64,000 nt of DNA, from positions 1 to 64,000 of the forward strand of contig RDOA01000002.1 of assembly GCA_011364925.1 (NCBI GenBank), written 5' to 3'. The stretch comes from Promethearchaeota archaeon (GTDB lineage Archaea; Asgardarchaeota; Lokiarchaeia; Sigyniarchaeales; SOKP01). Numbering within the stretch: position 1 is the stretch's first letter; each line of letters starts with the position of its first letter. Under the pieces are notes generated by a model. It searched no databases. It saw only the letters and a program-made list of their open reading frames with translations, and had not been told where the DNA came from. This document shows, piece by piece, positions 1 through 7,935 of this stretch. A program made the position numbers and the translations under genes.

Positions 1-263
1 AAGCCAAACTCTTTCTTTATTATCATTTCTGCTTTTCTTAAGCTTTTTAGTTCTAATACATTTGCTTCAATTCCAATTGCTATGCCCCCTTCTTTTTTGA
101 TTTCAATTGCTAACTCTTCAGCCGCTTTTTTTCGCAGATCAAGTATTGCAACTTTAGCGTCACAACTTGCGAGAGCTTTAGCAAAATTTCCACATAATTC
201 TCCAGCGCCACCGGTTATTACGACCGTTTTTTCTTTTAATTCAATTCTAAATGGGACTTTCAT
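1..263 (-). CDS. SDR family oxidoreductase, D-mannonate/5-keto-gluconate reductase-like (5' part; runs off the window start)
   Basis: Manual translation from ATG at 263 gives MKVPFRIELKEKTVVITGGAGELCGNFAKALASCDAKVAILD..., with a TGxxxG Rossmann motif. A GGAG Shine-Dalgarno lies upstream. Not listed in the ORF track. Confidence 0.85.
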   Translation of the reverse strand, partial: MKVPFRIELKEKTVVITGGAGELCGNFAKALASCDAKVAILDLRKKAAEELAIEIKKEGGIAIGIEANVLELKSLRKAEMIIKKEFG

Positions 264-308
264 ATGGATCTCCTAGATTGTTTTACTTTTATACTATTAC
301 AATTGACT

Positions 309-1517
309 TTACTTAATAACAGTCGAGATTTTGCAATTTACTTTGTCCGTCTGTAATAACTTTATATTCTCTGGAACCTCGTTAAGAGTTATCTCTTTCG
401 TAATCATGGGAGTAACATCCATACCCGCTGCCATACAACTGATTACGTTAGGAAATGTGCCATGTCCTGAATGTCCTTGAGCGCCAACGATTCTTGCTCT
501 TCTAACTTGGAAATATTCTCCACACACTGGCATTCTCTGTTCCGCTCTGGCAACAACCACTACAGTACTATTAATTGCTTTGCATTCCCATATAGCATTT
601 TGTATATCTTCAGTACATATTTCAGGTAAACCTGCCGATTCAAGATAAAGAGCTGCTCCTTCATTGTCTGTAAATTCCTTAACCTTTTCTACAAAACTCT
701 CTTTTAGAGGATTTATGACGAAATCAGCACCCATTTTCTTAGCCAATAAAGCTCGAGGTTCTGATGGTTCTGAAATAACACATATTGCAGCTCCTGCCAT
801 TTTCAAAATCTTTATTGCCGCTAATCCAATTGGTCCCCCACCAAGAATTACTACATTTTCTCCCGGGCGAATTCCACCACCTCTCTCTATAACTGCATTA
901 TAGGCTACTGATGTTGGCTCAACTAAACTACCTATTTTGTAAATGTCTTTATATTTATCTTCTAATTTTTTTAAACTCCAACATAGTTTTGCCGGAACCG
1001 CAATATATTCTGCGAATGCTCCATCTATTGAGAAGCCAATCTCTTGTAGTCGTTCGCAGTGATTTGGATATCCATCACAACACGGTTTACATTCACCGCA
1101 CCATACCATTTCTTCAACTGTTACCGGTTCTCCTGTTTCGAAAGGTTTACCTGTTCTTTTACTTAATGCACGATTTCCTACTTCTACAATCTCTCCAGAA
1201 AATTCGTGACCAATCGTAACAGGAAAAGCAGTCAATCCTGGGTAATAGATATATCCATCTTCGTAGGCTTGGTTCATATGGACATCTGAACCACAGATTT
1301 TGTTCATTAAAAGATTTTTTTAATGAATTCCACAACGCTTAACTTTAATGAGTACTTCATTATCTTTAATTTTCGGTTTATCCTTATCAGTTAAACGAAC
1401 TTGTGGGTCTTTCCATACCTGTGAACCAAGATAAGTAAGTTTTCCCTTAATATCCTTAGACCCGATCTTAAAACTTGGCTTTGGATCCCATTTTGCACTT
1501 AATTCTACTGCTTTCAT
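309..1517 (-). CDS. iolM: scyllo-inosose 3-dehydrogenase (Zn-dependent MDR family), split by a 30-nt insert; proposed join(1328..1517,309..1297), 392 aa
   Basis: ORFs 1320..1517 and 309..1307 are in the same frame. Removing 30 nt gives KRCGICGSDVHM...GHEFSG, plus the structural Zn motif CGECKPC...C and GGGPIG. It closely resembles Thermotoga IolM as I recall it (GYIxYPGLTxFPVTxGHE). Confidence 0.85.
1298..1327 (-). other. candidate BHB/BHL-type micro-intron (30 nt) in iolM
   Basis: mRNA sense: GGAA|UUCAUUAAAAAAAUCUUUUAAUGAACAAAA|UCUGU. There is a perfect inverted repeat at 1303-1312/1318-1327 and an in-frame TAA at 1320-1322. Excision restores C-G-I-C. The exact boundary can slide by a few nt because of a flanking AAT repeat. 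Confidence 0.7.
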
Positions 1518-1677
1518 TTAATTCACTTTACTAAGATTTTGATAGCTTAATACTTATAAAAATTTAAATTAGTAGGAAAAATTTGTTAAGTTGAATTCTC
1601 CATTTCATTAAGATAATCAAATAAAAAATTAAGTAAAAATCATCTTAATAAACTCATTCTAGAAAAGCGAGAGTATT

Positions 1678-1690
1678 AAAAAAAAAAAAA
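1678..1690 (-). terminator. oligo-U archaeal terminator after the GPH transporter
   Basis: A13 on the + strand (U13 in the mRNA) lies 5 nt after the stop codon at 1696. Confidence 0.5.
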
Positions 1691-1695
1691 TTTAT

Positions 1696-3102
1696 TTACA
1701 GAATACTTGCTTTCTTTTTTTCATGCATTTCTGTAAGCTTTGCTCTATTTTTTTTAAGGCGTTCTCCTTTTATCGGAAATAGGAACATCCCAATTAAAGA
1801 CAGTGCAAGAACTATACCTGGATAAATTCCCATTAAAAATCTAAGACCCGCAATAACATCGACTCCCGGATTAGGGGTATAATCCATCCAATTTGTTGAA
1901 GTAAAAACTAGATTGATCATAACGAAATTAAAAATCATCGATAGTCTTATTAGAAAGTTGAGAACAGCATAGTATATACCAGAACGTCTTACTCCGGATG
2001 TAATTTCGTCTTCGTCAATGATCTCCGCGATGCACTGATCGTAGAAGTAAAGTCCACCACCTAAACCAAAACCAAAGAACATCATGAATATTAAAGCCAT
2101 CCAAAAATCAACCGAGTATGCGAAAAGCACAACTGATACTAACCATACAGAAATTCCTATTAATCCACAAAATCGAGCACCCTTTCTGACTCTTATTTGT
2201 TCCCATAATGGGGTTGAAACAGCAGCTACAAGAAAAGTAACTAAAAGGAGTATCCCAATCAATTCAGTGTCAGTAATACCAACAGCATATACAAAAAAAA
2301 GAGGAGCTAAGGTTGGCAAAATGTTAATCACTAACCAAGTACCGAGAGCTGGAAATAAGAACCATAAAAACGATTTGTGTTTGAAGGTAAATTTAATCGT
2401 TTTTATAAATGGCATCGCATTTTCTGCATCTTTAGAAAGATGTTTGGGATCTTTCACTCCCCATTTTAAAATTAGGAAGTAAAAAACAAATATGATGATC
2501 CCTGCTGCAATTCCGGTAATAAGATATTGAGACATAGTTATATCGACGTTAGCAGGATTGCTGTTTGTTATATCATCAATTATAAACGTAGGGAATGTTA
2601 ATGCAAACATAGTCGCTAGCAGAGTAAATATTATACGAAATCTTCCTGTTGAACTACGGGTCCTCATGTCAACAAACATTTCAGAGAATAGCGCATTATA
2701 ATTTAAGTTAAAAGCGGTATAGGCAAAATCAAATAATATCAGAATGATAAGGAAGTAGACGAAAACCAATTGATTTGTATCATAAGTTCCCGGAGGAGTA
2801 AACAAGAGAATCATTAAAATGCCGAGTGGTATGGTAGCACCAATCATCCATGGGATCCTTCTCCCCCATCTGCTTTTAGTTTTGTCAGAGAGGTATCCAA
2901 TTAATGGATCATTAACTGCATTCCACAAAGCCCAGAGTATAAAACCGATAGTCATTATAGGACTAGGAATGTCAATAACAGCGAAATAAAAAGTAAAAAC
3001 TAAAAATGAAAAAGTGTTAAGCGCCACATTATCTCCGACTTCTCCACAAGCAAAAGCTAATCTCGTGCCTAAAGACATTTTTTGAGGTCTTTCTTCATTC
3101 AT
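1696..3102 (-). CDS. GPH-family (MelB/UidB-like) MFS sugar/glycoside:cation symporter
   Basis: Contains the WNAVNDPLIGYLSDKTKSRWGRRIPW signature and about 12 TM segments. The ATG at 3102 is preferred over the TTG at 3120. Confidence 0.9.
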   Translation of the reverse strand: MNEERPQKMSLGTRLAFACGEVGDNVALNTFSFLVFTFYFAVIDIPSPIMTIGFILWALWNAVNDPLIGYLSDKTKSRWGRRIPWMIGATIPLGILMILLFTPPGTYDTNQLVFVYFLIILILFDFAYTAFNLNYNALFSEMFVDMRTRSSTGRFRIIFTLLATMFALTFPTFIIDDITNSNPANVDITMSQYLITGIAAGIIIFVFYFLILKWGVKDPKHLSKDAENAMPFIKTIKFTFKHKSFLWFLFPALGTWLVINILPTLAPLFFVYAVGITDTELIGILLLVTFLVAAVSTPLWEQIRVRKGARFCGLIGISVWLVSVVLFAYSVDFWMALIFMMFFGFGLGGGLYFYDQCIAEIIDEDEITSGVRRSGIYYAVLNFLIRLSMIFNFVMINLVFTSTNWMDYTPNPGVDVIAGLRFLMGIYPGIVLALSLIGMFLFPIKGERLKKNRAKLTEMHEKKKASIL

Positions 3103-3227
3103 ATAATCACTTCTTTTCAAAATATTTATAAATAAAAATAAATGGCTTTTTGATCTTTAAAAAGCTTTCTACTATTAACAAAACTTTGAGATTTAATTAG
3201 CTATCATTCTTATATTAAGTTAATATT

Positions 3228-4040
3228 ATGTTACTCAGCATAGTTTCAGGGCTCGAGGAATCTAAAAGTAGTCCAAATGATGTGAACAAGAAATTTACTT
3301 ATTTATGTCGATATCTTAAATCCTTGAGTTATGATGGGATTGAGTTAAGTCTTTTAGAACCTGAAAAAATAGATGTTAAGGGGATTATAGAGCTACAAAA
3401 CTCGTACGATATGAGAATTTCTGCTTTAGGAACTGGAAGTACTTTTATTCGTTTTGGATACTCTCTAGGCGATCACAGAGAACCAATTCGCAAAAAAGCG
3501 ATCGAAAGAGTCGAGAAATATATTGAATTCGCTCGAGAGACTCAATCTAAAGTCATTATAGGATTAATACGGGGACGTTATAAACACGAAAGTAATCCTC
3601 AGAAAGAACGCTTAAATATTATCTCTTCTCTTAAAGAATGTTGTTCGATAGCAGAAAACAGCGATGTTCAACTATTATTTGAACCAATTAATCGTTTCGA
3701 AATTGATTCTTATCACACAATTTCAGAATCTTTAAAATTGATTAAGGAAATAGGCTCAAGTAACTTGAAATTACTAATAGATTCTTATCACACCCACTTG
3801 GAAGAAGATCCCGTTTATATTTGGGAATACCTTAAAGAAGTCGTACATTACGTAGGTCACATTCATCTTGCTGATACAACACGTAGAGCACCTGGTTCAG
3901 GACATTTTGATTTTAAAACATTTCTAAATATTTTAAAAACTCATGGGTACTCTGAATTCGTTTCGATTGAAACTATAATGAAACCCTCTTTTGAATTAGT
4001 TGCTAAAAATTCAAGTGAATATTTAAGACAAATTTTATAA
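3228..4040 (+). CDS. iolO: 5-keto-L-gluconate epimerase-like sugar isomerase/epimerase (xylose-isomerase-like TIM barrel)
   Basis: Motifs ALGTG, RKKAIERV, VIIGLIRG, EPINRFE, DSYH, HIHLAD and APGSGHFDF resemble Thermotoga IolO. The gene lies near iolM. Confidence 0.75.
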   Translation: MLLSIVSGLEESKSSPNDVNKKFTYLCRYLKSLSYDGIELSLLEPEKIDVKGIIELQNSYDMRISALGTGSTFIRFGYSLGDHREPIRKKAIERVEKYIEFARETQSKVIIGLIRGRYKHESNPQKERLNIISSLKECCSIAENSDVQLLFEPINRFEIDSYHTISESLKLIKEIGSSNLKLLIDSYHTHLEEDPVYIWEYLKEVVHYVGHIHLADTTRRAPGSGHFDFKTFLNILKTHGYSEFVSIETIMKPSFELVAKNSSEYLRQIL

Positions 4041-4877
4041 TTAGAGATGATTATCTAACCAACTACTAAGATCGTTAAGAACTTTCTTTCGTTCTTCTTT
4101 AGATTCGTTGTATACTTCATGGTACAATCCATCGTAAATCAATATTGATTTATCTTTCATTTTGAAAGCGTTTTTTAGTGCTTCTTCAGATCCCTTAATA
4201 AGAGAATCCTCGGCACCACATTGAACTAATAAAGGTAATTTCAGGTTCTGGGTGATTGGATCAAATTTTGAAAAACAATTCATTAGTTCCCATCCTAATC
4301 GAAGTGCTATTTTATCAGCATTAACCAGCGGATCATTTTCATATGCTTGGACGACTTCTGGGTCGTGGCTTAACTTTTCAGCTTTAAGTCCAGGATTTAT
4401 GTATTTCTTTGGAATAATTTTTGCTAAGAGCTTTACTACTACTTTTGTAGCTTTACTTGTACTTTCTCCCGCTCCTGTACCCGTACCTGATAATATCAAG
4501 CCTTTTAATAGAGATTCATATTTATTTGCAAAGAACAATGCTATCATTGATCCCATCGAGTGTCCTAACATAAAAATTGGCAAATTTTGATATTTATCCT
4601 TTATTAAATCATAGAATAATTTTTCGTCCTCAATAAACTGATTAAAAGAATCAACATAATTTCTTCTTCCTTCGGATTTTCCGTGTCCACGGTGATCGTT
4701 AGCATATACCGCATAATCTAAAGGTAATAATTGATTCACTATATTAAGATATCTTCCTGAATGCTCAGCAAATCCATGAACCACTTGAACTATTGCCTTA
4801 GGATTGTCTGGTATCCATGCTTGATAATAAATTGTTAAACTCTCTATTCCTTCAAACTCTCCTTCGATGTGCTTCAT
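4041..4877 (-). CDS. alpha/beta hydrolase, lysophospholipase/monoacylglycerol lipase
   Basis: Motifs HGFAEHSGRY, DHRGHGKS, the GHSMG nucleophile elbow and YHEVYNE. Confidence 0.9.
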   Translation of the reverse strand: MKHIEGEFEGIESLTIYYQAWIPDNPKAIVQVVHGFAEHSGRYLNIVNQLLPLDYAVYANDHRGHGKSEGRRNYVDSFNQFIEDEKLFYDLIKDKYQNLPIFMLGHSMGSMIALFFANKYESLLKGLILSGTGTGAGESTSKATKVVVKLLAKIIPKKYINPGLKAEKLSHDPEVVQAYENDPLVNADKIALRLGWELMNCFSKFDPITQNLKLPLLVQCGAEDSLIKGSEEALKNAFKMKDKSILIYDGLYHEVYNESKEERKKVLNDLSSWLDNHL

Positions 4878-4930
4878 ATAAATCTCACAATTTAATTAAG
4901 ATTATACATAGAACAAAAATAAATTTATTT

Positions 4931-6058
4931 TCATTTACTATGCAATTTTGCACATTGCAATCCTGGAGTGACGACAGTGGATAAGCAACTACTACAGAAT
5001 ATACAATCCACTTCATCGTTTCCAATCCCATTCATCCATCGATTAGGAAGATTTGGCTCTCTGATTAAGGGTCTAGCAAAAGACACGAAATCAGCACTTT
5101 CGTTATTTAATATATTTTTTACAAGACTAAGTGAGTTAATACCACCAACCAAAATAACGGGTATATCCAAAACTTTCTTGAATTCTTTGGCATATGGTAA
5201 ATTATAAGCAGGTTCATTCACAGTTCCTATAAGTATTCGACTTTCTGGTAAAAAAGTTGGCTTCCAACCAAGATCTTTCTTTTTAAGCGTAGCTACTTCC
5301 CAAATTCCTCCACTTACTTCGATAGCAGAATATCCTATTTTTTCTAATCTTTTAGCAACTTTAGTAGATTCCTCTATGCTCGTTCCACCTTCTACAAAAT
5401 CAACCGCGTTTAATTTTATAAAGATCGGAAATTCCTTTTCAACTAAATCCACGCTTGTATTATAAATTTCTTCAAGAATTCTAATTCTATTATCAATACT
5501 TCCCCCATAATCGTCCGTTCTTTTGTTAATATAAGGAGAGAGAAATTCGGAAATGAGATATCCGTGAGCACCATGTATCTGAACAGCATCAAAACCCGCT
5601 TCTTTTGCTCTTCTAATTGCTTGCGAGAAAGCATCAATAATATCTATTATTTCTTTTTTAGTCATTTCGCGTGGAATTTTTCTAGTTAATTTTTCCTCCA
5701 GGGCCGACGGAGCTATCGTATTCTCGAGGCATCTAGATTGACGACCACTATGAGAGATTTGTAAAGCAACCTTACAATTTTTGCTATTTTTGTGCACCAC
5801 ATCAGCGATTTTTCTCAATCCATTGATATATTTATCATCGCTAACCCCTGTTTGTTTATCAAACGCTTTACCATTCTCATGAACGTACGCATGACCTGTG
5901 TTTATTAACCCAACTCCTCCTTCAGCTAATTCTTTGTAGAGTGTTATGTGTTTATCGGTTATATAGCCGTCCTCAGTTGCCATCCCCTCGAATGTTGCGG
6001 ATCGTACAAAACGATTTTTTATTTCCATTGAACCTATTTTCTTAGGTGACGAATACAT
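4931..6058 (-). CDS. NADH:flavin oxidoreductase (old yellow enzyme family)
   Basis: Motifs KNRFVRSAT, HGAHGYLISEFLSP, NKRTDDYGGS and a C-terminal CIFCSSC. The ORF could start at 6085; an SD-like AAGGT precedes the ATG at 6058. Confidence 0.9.
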   Translation of the reverse strand: MYSSPKKIGSMEIKNRFVRSATFEGMATEDGYITDKHITLYKELAEGGVGLINTGHAYVHENGKAFDKQTGVSDDKYINGLRKIADVVHKNSKNCKVALQISHSGRQSRCLENTIAPSALEEKLTRKIPREMTKKEIIDIIDAFSQAIRRAKEAGFDAVQIHGAHGYLISEFLSPYINKRTDDYGGSIDNRIRILEEIYNTSVDLVEKEFPIFIKLNAVDFVEGGTSIEESTKVAKRLEKIGYSAIEVSGGIWEVATLKKKDLGWKPTFLPESRILIGTVNEPAYNLPYAKEFKKVLDIPVILVGGINSLSLVKNILNNESADFVSFARPLIREPNLPNRWMNGIGNDEVDCIFCSSCLSTVVTPGLQCAKLHSK

Positions 6059-6204
6059 ATTTCTACCTTTTTGTATATATTGCATTTTTTGATAATAATT
6101 GATTTTGGCTTCTTATAAATCTTTTTTATGAGGGGTATTATTATTATGGTTTTTAATTAGCCAAATATTACATCTAATTATATTAAGCTTAGAGGTAATG
6201 TATC

Positions 6205-6768
6205 ATTAGAAAAAGATTAGAACAAGGACTTGTTCAAGTTTATTTTGGTCGGGGCAAAAATACTATATAGATAATAGTATTGTCTACAGGCAAGACCACT
6301 GCGGCAATAGGACAAGGCTTGAGAGCGACGGGGCATGGATTTAAGGTGTATATGATTCAGTTTATGAAGGGATACCCTCAATACGGTGAGGTTAAAGCGA
6401 TAGAAAATATCGCAAACTTCGAATTGAAACAATTCGGCACTCCAGACTTAATCGCAACTCCTGGAGAGATTGACTATGAAGAGGGAAGGAAAGGTATGGA
6501 ATTTGCAGAGCAAATTATTATGAGTGACGAATACGATATAGTTATTCTAGACGAGATTGGCGTAGCAGTCGAGTATGGGATTGTAGATATAAACGATTTT
6601 TTAAAATTAATTGACAACAAACCCGAAAAGGTCGAACTAATTATCACTGGAGGCCCTAAGATGCATCCTAAAATCAAGGAACGAGCAGATTTACTCACGG
6701 AAATGAGAATGATTAAACACTACTATTCCTCAAAAGGTATTAAGGCTCGTTTTGGTATAGAATATTAA
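6205..6768 (+). CDS. cobO: cob(I)alamin/cob(I)yrinic acid a,c-diamide adenosyltransferase (CobO/BtuR/CobA type), split by a 30-nt insert; proposed join(6205..6257,6288..6768)
   Basis: The frame upstream of the listed ORF encodes RLEQGLVQVYFGRGK. After removing 30 nt it continues GKTTAAIGQGLRATG...IQFMKG...ILDEI...ELIITG. There is no in-frame ATG/GTG/TTG between the TAA at 6196-6198 and the intron, so an ATT/ATC start after SD GAGGT (6192-6196) is inferred. Confidence 0.88.
6258..6287 (+). other. candidate canonical BHB micro-intron (30 nt) in cobO
   Basis: Structure: GGGC-AA|A-[AAUACUAU auagaua AUAGUAUU]-GUCU-AC|A-GGC. It has a 4-bp central helix GGGC/GUCU, two 3-nt bulges, an 8-bp hairpin and an in-frame TAG at 6268-6270. 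The spliced product reads GGC AAA GGC AAG (GKGK). Confidence 0.85.
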
Positions 6769-6789
6769 TGAAGTAAGGGGAATTTAAGC

Positions 6790-7923
6790 GTGGGAACTAA
6801 AAACATTATTATTAAAAATGTATTCTTTGATCATGATAAATTTCTTGGAAGACGGGAAAATTCACTTAAGATATATAATTCACCGCCCGGAAAAATGGTT
6901 CTCTCACCATTTAATTTAACATTCGATTCTATCCTTAAATTATTTGTCCTTAATTTTGATAATGATCCAATTTATTTCCGTATAGAGTTACAAATTACAC
7001 GCTTAAGAGATAAAGATTGCCCACTTGTAATCTTATATCGAAAAGATAATATGGTGGATATTTACTACACCAACGAAGATGTTATAAATACCCGAATGAA
7101 TTTGCTCAGAGCCCTATTTGAAAAGGTTTCTTTCAACCAGCTGGAAACTATCGAATATTATTTCCAATTCGATGATAGGGGTTTAGATGCGTATCTTTTT
7201 CTAGAAGATAAGTTAGAAAAGGAAATTGAAATTAAAGTTAATGAGAATTACCCTAATAGAGAATTATATACAATTTTGGCTCCGATGGGCGTTATAAGTA
7301 AGAAACCAAAATATTTCCCTATCGTATTCCTTAACAAATTTGGAATGGTCTTGGAAAAAAATACAGAAATCTTTGTTAGAATTCATGGGGAATATAGAAA
7401 CCTTATAGAAATGCCTTTTCAAATCAATGGGATGCAGGTTTATCCAGGACATTTCTCTTTAAATCCAATTGTCTGCAATTGGAATAAAAATGCTAGCAAC
7501 GACATTAGTCCAATAGTTCTAAATCCACCTTCACTTACCATCTCGGAGAACAATATTAACCTCGCCCTCAAAAATAACTCTAATTATTACGAGATAAAAG
7601 AAATCTCTTGGAAAGATCAAAATAATCAGATTGTTTCTTTTGAATTTTCCCCCGCAATTCCAAATTTAATATCTTTAAAGAACAATTCGAAAGTAAAAGG
7701 CAGGTTTTCTTGTGAAATAAATGAAATGAAAGGAGTGTTTGGAGGAGCCTATAATATTAGTCGTTCTGGGAATTCCATCGAGATTAGAATTGCACCCACC
7801 AAAGGATGGCAACTTTCATCAGGAAAGTTATGGTTGGAATCTTATACTTGGAAGGCAATAATACAAATCGAAGATGATGGTAATTTTAAAATTAATTCTT
7901 ATTGGCGTAGAGTCCCAGGTTGA
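6790..7923 (+). CDS. hypothetical protein
   Basis: 377-aa ORF directly downstream of cobO; no motif recognised. Confidence 0.7.
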   Translation: MGTKNIIIKNVFFDHDKFLGRRENSLKIYNSPPGKMVLSPFNLTFDSILKLFVLNFDNDPIYFRIELQITRLRDKDCPLVILYRKDNMVDIYYTNEDVINTRMNLLRALFEKVSFNQLETIEYYFQFDDRGLDAYLFLEDKLEKEIEIKVNENYPNRELYTILAPMGVISKKPKYFPIVFLNKFGMVLEKNTEIFVRIHGEYRNLIEMPFQINGMQVYPGHFSLNPIVCNWNKNASNDISPIVLNPPSLTISENNINLALKNNSNYYEIKEISWKDQNNQIVSFEFSPAIPNLISLKNNSKVKGRFSCEINEMKGVFGGAYNISRSGNSIEIRIAPTKGWQLSSGKLWLESYTWKAIIQIEDDGNFKINSYWRRVPG

Positions 7924-7935
7924 TGCGATATTTAG

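Noticed and set aside
1298-1327. The two 30-nt inserts as members of one MITE/IS-footprint family
   Set aside because: They share no sequence similarity, the cobO insert has no multi-base target duplication, and no transposase was seen. This remains a fallback explanation only for iolM.
4038-4043. Abutting or overlapping stop codons of convergent genes (also 30449-30452 and 38991-38994)
   Set aside because: This is common in compact archaeal genomes and has no further structure.
6268-6270. Pyrrolysine or stop-codon read-through at the TAG in cobO (and at the TAA in iolM)
   Set aside because: Read-through would leave 10 extra residues in the middle of the P-loop or Zn-ligand motif. TAA is not a recoded codon, and neither stop is TGA, so selenocysteine does not apply.
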